Source: Balanoglossus misakiensis (lineage: Eukaryota; Animalia; Hemichordata). Taken from it: 64,000 bases of DNA. How positions within the stretch are numbered: the first letter of the stretch is position 1; each line of letters opens with the position of its first letter. The stretch covers positions 6,812,699-6,876,698 of the forward strand of contig CM082581.2 of NCBI GenBank assembly GCA_040954595.2, read 5' to 3'. Made by a program: the position numbers and the translations under genes. Shown one piece after another: positions 38,701 to 50,100 of this stretch. The notes under the pieces were generated by a model, which ran no database searches, was not told the origin of the DNA, and saw nothing but the letters and a program-made list of their open reading frames with translations.

Positions 38701-41700
38701 TGGTACACCGACCCCATGGGGGACATCTTCACCCCGACCACCACCAAGAGCAAGCTGCAGACCCTGTACAAGCTGAGCGAGGCCGACATCGCGGCGAAGG
38801 TGGAGGAGGATCTGAGCGACACGGCCCAGGCCCTGGTGGAGAGCCTGTGTCAGGAGGCGATATCAGAAGCCATGAAGTCGGAGCATGTTCTCGCGCAGTT
38901 CCAGGATGCAAAGGCGAGTGTGGTGGAGGAGCCCTCTACAAAAGACGTCGAGGGTGAAACTTCGTCGAGTCAGGAACCGTTCATGGTGGAGAATGTGGTT
39001 GAGAAAGTCGCAGAGGATGCCGTGAAATCGCCAGACAGCACGCCGTGGAATGTGCCCGACAGAGAGACGGCAGGGAACGCAGAGATGTTGGTCGGAAACT
39101 TGGAAAGTTGTGTTGCTACTGCAGAGGACAAGCTATTAACCGAGAGTGTCAGGGATAACGATTGCAAACGGTCGGACACCGAAACCAGTCCGACTGTGGA
39201 GGATTTATTCGGAGCGTTCCGGGTCAACTTAGCTGCTATTTGGGACGACCGTAGCCCAGACATTTCTAGCAGCGAGCCCACTTGGACGTCTCCGATACCG
39301 ACCGAGTGCGAACAGAGCCAGCAGAGTGAAAGCCAACTGCCCTACAGTTGTTTCGACAGCAGCGTTGAGTGTTTCACCGATGACGGCACGTCTGTCGGGT
39401 ATCTGAAGTCACCCATTGAGAAACTTCAATATCAGGAAAGCGGAAGCAGGGACACCTCGGTGATCTCCAGCCCCGATTCAGACTTCAAACTGTCGGACGC
39501 CAGGAACGCCGGGATGGACGGCGTGTGGTCGTCGCAGACCCCGTCCTTGTACGAGAAACCCCAAGTGCACGTTCTTGATAGCGAGGAGATCTTGAACGAG
39601 AGTGACTTTCAGAGAACATTGAACATAGACGCCTCTTGGCATTGTATCAATGCTAACACGTCGCCGTTTAATCAGACCACGAACACTCAAAGAGACAGTA
39701 CGGACTCTAGTGTGTGGGATGTAAATAGCGCGTTGTGGTCGACCTATGACCTGGAGCCCAGTTGGATACAGCCTCCCAAGTTTGTCACCACAAACAACAA
39801 CAACAACTACAAGTCGGACGTCGACGCTGACTTGCTGCAGCAACAGCAGACGGGCTTCATTCCTGGAGGTGTGTACGGCAATATTAGTCTCCAAGCAAGT
39901 GCCCAGCTGAATGTGGAAAGCAATCAGAGGAGCCAGAGCAGCAGCCCTGCTGCCGCCGGCGGCGGCGACGACGACAGTAAAGAGATCTGGGAATCCGGCT
40001 GTGTTGGCCGGCACTTCCCGCCCTCGAGCCGGAACTCGTCGCGGTTTGTGTTTGCTCAGGAAAGATCCCAGCCCGAGCTGGAAGAGGTGCAGTCGTTCGA
40101 CTTCGGCAACAGGACTACTTCTCGGTTTCATTTTGCTCAGGGATGCACACCGGTGGACGGCGACTGCCGGGAAGGTCGCGGCCAGACCGCGGAGGAGCCT
40201 GGCAGCGGCGAACAGGAACCCCTCGGGGATGTGTGCTTGCCGTTCGATGATGGCGAAGTGTTGGACTTATCCGCGTTGGAAAAGATTGGGGAGTTGCATA
40301 CTCTTGCCCTGCAGGAAACTCTCGAGATGGAGCCATGCAACGGACAGGAGCACGAGTACGACGAGTCGTTTCTGATCGACTCCGAGAAGGACAAGGTGTC
40401 TTATCCTCACCAGAGTGCCACATTTACATATCACAAAGGTGCTTTCACAAAAATCATTCCCAAAAGCCGGACTGAACCCATCATTGCCGGGTCCAGCTGG
40501 TCTGGTCCCATCGGCAGAGGCCGGGCTTTTGGACCCTTTCAGTTCGCCGACGGCGCCCACGGCTCCTTCTCCAAGCAGATGCTGGCCTGGGAGAACCTGC
40601 TGATCTCCCCCAAGACCCACTTCAAGCCCATCAAGGAGAGCTTCTCCTCGGAGTCTCCCTTCGAGTGCGAGGATCAGCACGGCGGCAGCGCCAAGAACAG
40701 CTACGCGGACGCCCAGCAGCACCACGGACTGGCGGACATCTACGGGGGTTTCGGACCACGCTTTGCGCACAGCGCCCCGGACTCGGCCGGTTGTAGGCCC
40801 GACCCCAAGCTGAAGTACTTCCTCAGCCAGTACACCCAGCGGTGGTCGACCGGCAGCGACGACGCGGAAATAGTGACTTACACGTCCCACATGCCCATGT
40901 CGGAAATCAAGAAACATGTCGGCATTTGCTCCGAGGCCGCTGCGGTGACCGACGGTGGAAGCATACGCGTGCCCAAACACAAAGCAGGTGAAACAACAAC
41001 AAAAGGGAGCGTGGTAGTGAAGCAAGCGAGCATCGGGGGATTGTTTGGCGTTGATCAAGATACGAGTTTGCCTGAAGACACGGAAAGTCATTTGTTTAAA
41101 ATTCAAGACAACATGGAGTGTGCTGCTCTGCCTATGGAACATGAGGATCATGTATGTTTAACGTTGTTCCCCAAACTCACTTCACATTATTAAAGTAGAA
41201 TGTTTTACTTAGGATGAAAAGAATATGCAGGACCTTCTAGATGAGATGAGGTCATATTACATGTGTACAATGTATGCATAACTTTTAGATGATCTCAGTT
41301 AGAAGGACACAAACCAAACCTCTGTTCTACAATATGTGAGATGTCACTCTCAAAGACCACAGAACAAAAATGCAGGAGATATCAAGTTTGTGTCCTTATT
41401 TTCCCTTTAACGTGAAATATGATTTAAAATTCTTTCTTTTGCTGCATAGATGTTTCCTTTTGAAGGAGATGTTACAACACTGGATGGTTCCTTTGATGCA
41501 AACCAAATGGTGTTCTCCTTTGATCTTGAACGAGAATGGATGAAGGCAACTCACCCTGACATTTACAAGAGGAAGAAGCCAAAGAAAGGTAATTAAACCC
41601 TTTCACCCCCCTCCCCCATTTCCCTGTATACAGGTCCAACTTCACCATGTAAAACAATGGGTTTGGTCCAAACCATTGTGGTGAAAGGGTTAAAAACAGA

Positions 41701-42741
41701 TGTAGGATATATATTCATTGTCTGTATACATTTTGCATATATCACGTATTACTGAACAGAATCGATTAAATTCCTGTCTTCTTTTATTTTATATTTTGAA
41801 GGAAACCAACAGGAACTGGTCCCATTTATGCGCTCTGTAAATTTAACCAAAATAAAAGTGCACATCTGCATCTCACTGTGTTCTCTCTCTCTGTAGGCTA
41901 TTCAAAAAAACCATGCAGCTTTTACCTGGAAGGTAGCTGTCATCGGGCCGACTGTAAGTTTGCTCATGATCTCACGAACATTACTTGTCGTTTTTGGGAA
42001 GAAGGTAGCTGCTTTAAAGGGATGGACTGCCCTTTCCTACATGGCTATCCCAGGTAAGCAAAGTTAACGCATCCTACAAATGTATGTGAGGCTCATCAGC
42101 TTCCTGTTTTCACATAGTCCACAGATTGCATTAAAGGGAAGTACAATGTCAATCAATAGGTCACTTTCATGACCCCTGTGTGACCTTTACATCCTGAGAT
42201 TTTGTTGGTATGAGTTTTAATTACGAAATTAAACTTAATTGTGCACTCTAAACTCATCCCAGAAAACTTTTTAAAAAAATACCGTACTGTTTCTTCTTCA
42301 GTGAACAGATTACTCCATGTGACAGTCAAGATGGCTCAAAACCCAATTCATTTACATTAGATACTGACAATTTTCCAGAACTGCCTAAATCTTCAACGGT
42401 AAGTGTCCACACAAATCTCTCTTTTTAGTATAGAAAGCAGCATTAGTACTCTGGTGGCCGATTACCACCAGTGGCCATAGTTGGCCCTCTTTTGTTTTTA
42501 GCAGTGGTCTATCAGGGCACATGCTCAGTAGTGTATCGCTCACTCTGATGTTGGTTTCATATGATTGTTCTCGCAGGACAAGAGTTCATCTTCAAACGAG
42601 AGTACACCCCCTGGTACACTACGCAGACGAGGCAAAGGTGTTCCAATCAAGAACGGCAAGAAGGCCCCAGTGCTCTCTTCCAAGTTAGGGGGAACCCAGC
42701 ACAAGAAGTCCCTACCCATCAATATCAACTACAAGAAGTAA
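29719..42741 (+). CDS. KIAA0232: KIAA0232-like protein (DUF4603 family) with C-terminal tandem CCCH zinc fingers, ~1315 aa
   Basis: Exons 29719-29991, 36379-36539, 38196-41151, 41450-41588, 41897-42053, 42302-42398, 42577-42741 (TAA), frame-consistent. VQSWLGHELEVRGIDAMIYTRYILSIL, IENLVDELCTRLK, YYEAFPALS and LISPKTHFKPI match KIAA0232 blocks as I recall them. The exon at 41897 encodes CSFYLEGSCHRADCKFAH and CRFWEEGSCFKGMDCPFLH. Confidence 0.87.
41598..41689. mobile_element. ~92-bp piggyBac-like MITE in a KIAA0232 intron
   Basis: TIR CCCTTTCACC ... GGTGAAAGGG, flanked by TAAA (left) and TTAA (right). A related copy lies at 63233-63326. Confidence 0.7.
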
Positions 42742-45736
42742 TGTTTTCTTTTTGAAAGATGTCAGATATAAATATAATCCAGCCACTTTTTTAGTGATGT
42801 GCAGTGTTGCGGTTGGGTTGTTATTTATTTATTTAGATCCTAGCATACTTAAGAACTTGAACTTTTGAAGTTAATTTTTTTTTCGGGCAAACTTGAACAT
42901 GCAATTTTATCCATAGTCTTTATAATGCAATCACATGGAATTACTAACCCAGCAGCAGACACAGTAACTGGTCATTTTTGTATCGATACGTCATAAAGAT
43001 ACTAGATTGGTGCGTTGGTGTTTTTGCCAGAGCAATATTCAGCTGCAAGAGTTAATTACAAAAAAAAAAGAAGTTTACTCCCCGAAAAGTTAAAAAACTA
43101 AAAATTGAAAACGCAACATGTCAACAATGCAAAGCTGTGAAGTGTGACTGAAAGTTGAATATAAATTTTAAAGAAACCTTTTTCACCTAGTGAGGGTTAA
43201 ACTTAAAAAGTTTTTCATGTGACAAAGCTGATCTCGAGCTTAAAAGTAATATAACCGGGGTCTCTAAAACTAGGCAGTATCTTCTTGCTAAACCTCATTG
43301 TATTGTCCCTCCAGAGTCTTTGGTTAGGTTCATACCCTCACTAACATGCAACACGGATAGGCACTTCCTACGGTTGCTAGTATTCCTTGTTTTGTTTTTG
43401 TATGTATTTTATCCTGGGAGAATGTCTCGTTATGTTGTGAACAGTTTATCTTAATTATGGACTCGTATCTGTTTTATTATCTTCGAGTTTGACTTTCTCC
43501 TTTGCTTTCACGGAGGAGAACATTTCTCTCTGCCTTATCTGTCCATGAGCTGTATCCCTGCCATAACTTTGTCCTTTCTATTGTTCGTTCTTTTTTCTTT
43601 TTTTTTTACATGTTTTTCCGTCTCCCATCGTCATATTTCTGTGTCTAGGTGGCAAAAGCGCCACTTGCTCCTATCCATTCATTCAGTTTTAGAAACTGTA
43701 GGGATATAAAGTCTCAAATTACACACTTCACAGAGTACATTTTGGACCTGAAAAAATTCCACTAAAAAAGAAACTCTTATTCAAAATATCAGTTTTACTC
43801 TTCCCATCATATTTTAATTACCAAAGGTAATAATTATTTTAAGCAATAAATCAAAAACATAAATGAGTGACTTACAAGTTTTCTTTACCCCAGAAAAAAA
43901 AAATTATTTATTTTTATGGGTGTTTTTTTTTTCTTAAACCATATTGTAAGTTAAGGCAAGCGTTTGTGTTCGTTTTGACCGTTCTTCGCGCAAACAGGCT
44001 TCATACATAAACACATACATGCAGACAAGGAGGCAAATCTCTTGCATTGATTTTGACCTTCCTCTTGCCATGCGCACAGAATGTGTAGGAGACTTGGTGT
44101 TTTGTGAAATCCCTTTGTCTTGGTGAATAACAACAGAGTCTGGTGAGCAGATGCTTCACCCAAAAAGAAGAAATTTTGTATCTGTGAATTGGAAAAGACA
44201 AAATTCAGTGGAAAGGGTATCATGTAGGGATAGATTATCACTCAACTGTTGTAAACTCTTTTACAGCTAGAGTTTACTCTGAATCATTTCTATCCATGTT
44301 GTGTTTGTGCAGAAAGTGCCCTGCCTTCTGTCTGTCTGCTGGAGAAGTCTTTTTTTACCAAAGAAATTTCACATTAAAGAGTGTTACATGATAACGGTAA
44401 TGACTGTTGTTAATCAAGCAGTCTGAGTTGGTGCAGTTAACTCTTTCAGTCGTACCACAAGGAAGGAATTTCTTTTAAACAAGAAAAACAAAACAAAATA
44501 AATAAAACAAAATAAAGGAAGAAAAACAAAAGATAAAAGTTAAAAAGGAAGAAAGAAAAAAAATGTTACAGTTTGTTGCATCATGTCAGTGAAGTATAGA
44601 GAACTCTAACCCTGTCCCTCTAGTGATGTAAAGATGAATATTCAACCCACAGATCAGTACTTTTGAAGTACAAAAACTAACAAAAGCAGTAAACGCACGC
44701 ACAGATATTTATCATCAGTACTAATTAAATTTCACAGATAAAATGCTTTCAGTGTGAAGGTTAGCATAGAAGTAATTAGAATACAAAAGAAACTTGGTGG
44801 TCCTGTTTGAGGGCGCCATTCTTGCCAGTGTATTCGCGCCATCCCCGTCCTATAGTGCTAAACATTATTGCTGATGGTGCACATACTCACGTGATCATTT
44901 CATGTTATTTGATTGATAATGTAGACCTGCTCAGTATAGTTTTGCAAATCCGACTGCATCATTTCTGAAATTACTTTGAAAATCTAAAAAATATATTGCC
45001 AAGTGATTTCGTTCTGTGTCTGTGTTTTGGTAATCTAAACTTGATAGAGTTCTTGAATTCTTGTTTAATCCTAAAGGTGGCATATAAAATAAGTCTGAAA
45101 AAAGTGAGTATTCCCGAAGTGTCTATGCAAAAATCCACAGCTGCCTTATAACGCTGCTTAGTCTAAAATATTACTGGCTATACTGTCGTGAATGGGGTGT
45201 TTATGGTAATATAGTTTCCCTCAGATATGTTCCATAACAACTCGTGGAGTCTTAAAAATGGCCTTCACCTGAAAATAAACATAAGGGGAAATTTTGTACT
45301 TACACAGTAAGTACCTATAAAATATGCTGTTATGATTTTGTCTTAAAAACGAACCACTTTACATTAGTAAATTTGCCCTTGCATGCTTCTTACAATTTTC
45401 ACAGCAATAACGTTCCAAAACATCATGTGGGTAACTGTAGCTAACCTAGCATAGGTGGCCCTATACCTTCAATACACAGGTAGTATTCTATTGAAATTGT
45501 AACGTTTGTCTTGAAAAATCTGTCCTTAATAGGGATATGTCCTTAAGGACAGGTGGTTACTGTACATTATTTTATTGGAGTGTGTTGAATTTGAAATTGT
45601 TGATCCTGTGAACACAGGGAGATAGTAATGTACAGTGTAATTTGAAGTTTGAATTTACATGTAATGCTCTTCGTTGAAACTTGTTTATTCCTTGGATAGA
45701 TTTACAGCTGGCTATGGTGTGTAGAGTAGGAAATTT

Positions 45737-45872
45737 GTGTGTGCGTCTGTCTGTCTGTTTGTCTGCCTGCCTGCCTGCACATACTTGTCTTGAGTTTTCA
45801 TGTTTGTCTGTCTGCACATACATTTCCTGCACATGAGTATGTTGGTATGCGTGTTTCCACATGTGTATGTGT
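45737..45872. repeat. Degenerate (GT)n/(GTCT)n/(GCCT)n microsatellite
   Basis: gtgtgtgcgtctgtctgtctgtttgtctgcctgcctgcctgc and further GT-rich units. Confidence 0.7.
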
Positions 45873-47103
45873 TTTGAGATGCTCCAATAACTTATATAAG
45901 CTTGTGATCTTATTAATATTTATAAAGATGTTATTATACCAGTCTAGCCAACTCACAGGTAACGGGGGTTGTTACTGTAATGCCATTTGTTTTTTATTTG
46001 CATTATTATTATTTTTTTTGAAAGCTTAGATGGTACACCTCTTTAGCAAATTAGCCAGCCAACAAGACAATCATGAACCGTAGTATAGTTACAGATCTTT
46101 AAAAAATGTGAAATTGACATATTTATGTAAATAACTGTAAAATCTATGCAATTTGTTATTTATTCAAGTGAATTGTTTATTATTTTTCATCAGTAAATTT
46201 ATGTACATGTATTTCGTTATGGGTCATGTCTGTCTGTTTTAAGTTTTACAAGCGACACTGACCAGAGCTTATAATGAGAGCTGTGGTTTGTTCGTCTGTA
46301 AAGAATTCGAAATTTTACGGGGGGAGGGGAGAAAGGGGGATGGTCAAGGGAAGAAGGGGGGGAAGACACTTCACAGAGGGTTGGAAGGGGGAGTGTGTCA
46401 TGCAGGTGTTGGAGAAATAATTGTAATTGTAAAAAAATACAGAAAAAATAAATAAAATGAATTCAAGCAAACTGTATTTTGGTTTATATTGATTTTGAGG
46501 TGTTGTTTGTTGATTGCGTGGCTGTTGTGGGTAATGTGGGTTGGAGGCTACTGTATTGCGCACTTCTGGTCTGACCGCCAGTCACGTGGTATCGGTTACC
46601 CAATGAGCACCAAGCGCCAAAGTTACTTGCCAACTCACGTTTCCAAACCATGTATTGCGCACTGCCTTTCACTTGTCTGTGCTTTCACAAATCTAGAATA
46701 TTCATTATGAAACCTTTTGGAGCTTAGCCTGATTTCTCTTTTTTCCCGAAATTAATTATGTCGCATATTGAATTTAAGAGCACATCTCTGATTAATCTCT
46801 TGTCGATTTTATCAGTAATGAATAGAAATAAGCGAGAATTAATTCTTAGGCGAGTAAGAACAATGATTCGTGGGAATAGGTGTACATTCATCTTGATAAT
46901 TAAATTTTATTTTGGTATAAGCACATTTAATTCTGATTTTGAATAGAGGAAAAAAATTTGCTCTCTCTCTCCCCGTGAAGCTCGATCGTGCTGTGGCTTT
47001 TCAACCCGCGTTGGTTTGGTGGACCTCAGTCGACAGAGGAAAAAAAGTTGCTCTATATTTTTCAATTGGCAACTTAAAGATTGGACAAATTTGAAACAGT
47101 GCA

Positions 47104-50100
47104 ATGGCTTCTAAAAACAACGGCTTTCCATTGGTGTCGAAAACCGTGAGCGGTGACGTCGAGCGCGGATTTTGGAATCGCGGTTTCTCCCGGAGCCACG
47201 AGAACAACGTTTCGTTTGAAATGGATGGCGGCGCCGAGTTTTCTGATAATCCGACGTGTTTCGAAGTGGAATCTGAGCGGGTGGAAGTGAGGAGCATCTG
47301 CGTGGAAAGGAGGAAATACAACGTGGGCAGTCCGCGAAATGCGCACAAGAAAGCGCACGACGAACCCCCGACGAAAAACGACGGGAATGCCGACAACGCT
47401 TCGTGTGGAAAACCGAGTCCGGCACCTTCGTTCCACGATCTCCGCACCGGTGATCACGGAGACGCCGCTCGTGGTGAAACGCCAACTTTTTCGGGTGAAG
47501 CACGCAACCGGTTCGAGCAACCGTCGCAAGAGGGGAAAGACTCGGGCAGAAACCATCACCAGCGACCGCAGGCCGAAACAAGCGACCGCCGAAGACCAAA
47601 ATTGGCCGATTTGGATAAATTCTACAGCGTGGTCGATGACGACGCGCTGTCGGATTTATCCGCTGAAGATTACTTTGACTCCACTCCCCGTCATACGTTG
47701 CCGACAAGCGAAGAGGAGGCGAGCCGACCGAGGCGGCAGTTTCATCGACGACCGACACCCAGAAGGAAAAGACGCGACGAGACCGACGATGCACGAGGGC
47801 ATCATCGCCGTTTCGACCACAAGGCATGCAAGTCGACTTCCGTCGATGAGAGATGCGGGAAAAATCGAATAGGGGGGAATTCGAACCGAGCTGAATATGT
47901 TCCCGCCGCGTGGAATACGAGAGATGTGTATGATGACAGACCCGTCTCCCCTAGTTCGGGAAAAAGCGGGCGACTTTACTGCAGAATCAGCGAAACTGAC
48001 GAATCGATTGCATCGGAACATGAAGACTACCGAATGGCCTATATGAGCCCGATGAGCAGACATCATCAATATTACAGGCCCATATCGCCGAAACGACACG
48101 GGAGGTACTACAGTAGGCGCGCGAATTCACCCACTCGCCGCCCGTTGGAAAGTGGTCTGTACGTCGAATACGACCGAGATTCCGGAGTATGCTCCGTCGA
48201 GAATTTGCAAAACAGCGCCCATGATGCGAGGTTGGACAGCTCGACAAAATCGGACAGGTGCGATGACGTCAACGAAGTTGCCGAAGATGGAGAGGATGGA
48301 AGCGATAAAGAGGAGACAGAAGATAAAGAGAAGATCGAACAGGGACCGGACGAAGAAAAGAGCGTTGATGGTGATGGTTCCGGTGTCGGTTATGAAGGGG
48401 CCAAAAGTGCTGTTGGTGGTATTGCTGCTGCTGTTGCTGGTGGTGGTGGTTTCCGGCCGCCTGGTGGTCTGTCGGTACTTGATCTCATCATGGGAATGGG
48501 ACAGCGACGAGCAGCCGCCATTGATGATTCGGGCGAGGGAGGTGAGAATTACGTTAAGTTTTCAGATAAGAACTTTGATTTCATGAGGGTGCAGCTACTG
48601 GTCATTTGTCATATAAATAAAAGCCCACCAGAATATGGAATTCAGGCATAAAAACATCGATTTTGTTCAGCATATGACCATCATTTTCTTTCGTTTCTTC
48701 AGGTCCATGGCAGAAGGTTCGACAGCTCGTCAGAGGAATATCCTATGCCAAGAATTCCATGCTTATCCATACACAAAAACAGGTATGCTGGCTTAGCTCA
48801 TCAAGACTTCGCATGCTATAACGTGTCATATTTGTTGATTGCTTATTGGCAAACTTTATTTTCGCGTTCAGTGAATATGCTACAATTTCTAATTTAAATC
48901 GATGATGTTTTAGTATTCATTTGACGGACGCTGTCTTTTATCTCGTTTAGGCCTAAGTCCACTTTATAAATATTCGGGGGAAAATAATGGTCTGTAGGTT
49001 GAATCCTTTATTTCACAGACCTTTCCATATCTTTTCCTCACAGCTGTTGAAAGAGAAAGATTTCAACCGAGAAATCCAAGCTTTGCAGGACATCCGCAAT
49101 TTCATCACCGCCAAGGCACTAGTCTTTCTGTCCGATCTGCCGAACAACAGCTTTCGTGACGTACTGGAACCCATGCTTGAGGAGCTGATTAAAGATGAAC
49201 CAAAGACGAGCTTGGACGATGCCCTGCAATCCGTTTTCACGGAACCATCGCGTGAGTTTATACAATGAATCTCGCTGATGCTGATATTGAAATCATGAAG
49301 TCACTTCCACCTATGAAAATTAACCCTCCCCTCTTCGTTAAAACCAATTGCACTATAATCCGATTTCTCGAAGAATAACATTTCGTTCTCTTTTCAGATT
49401 CTACTATTTCAAATTCCATCCAATCAGCGGTTAAGATGGGAGGATCATTTTTCTTTGAAGAAAGTTGGGTTTGTGTGTTGTGAGTAGTAGTATCTTTCTC
49501 TACCAATCAGAACATTAGCCCACGATGCTCAGTGTATAAGACTTTCTGTCGCTGTTTTCTCACATTACTTGTCAAGTGAACTTGAAAGTGAACTCCTTAA
49601 AGTGGGGTGTGATTTGATCAACTTCCATGTACAGCGTGTCTGAAATACAGTTTTCACCGGTCCACCCTTTTATGTTATTTGTGATTTACCATTGCAATGC
49701 AACACAACCGTCTGTTTCAATTCCACCCTGCAGTAGCAGCATGCAAACGCTGCAGACCAGACACGTCGCCATCGGTCGATTAAAAGAACCGGGGAATCTG
49801 GGAATGAGTTGCTCTGATATACGTTTTGTCGTGGTTGTCTTGGCTCCAGCCTTCGAGGTGAGACTTTGTTCAAGTTGACATCTATAATTAACCAAGACGG
49901 ATGGGTTAAGCCTATACTGTTAAAATTCTTTGCGCTTTTTACATCTTTTCTCGGTTTTACTGTTTCCACAAACTTTTCTTCTCATGCATTTTGCCTTGCA
50001 CAGAAAGGAACGAAGAATGCGATGCAAACGGCGCTGACCTTCGCAACCGTCTTCACCGATCTCAACTTCCGCTCAGAAATCATGAATATCGATGACCCTG

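Noticed and set aside
39478-41151. Long antisense ORFs (217 aa and 294 aa), and similar ones over 16364-18417 and 47001-48247
   Set aside because: Shadow ORFs of GC-rich coding exons, with no recognisable domains.
48542-48651. Extension of SLC4A11 exon 1 to a donor at 48588 or to the stop at 48651
   Set aside because: Only the phase-1 donor at 48541 keeps exon 2 in the frame that joins exon 3 and matches SLC4A11.
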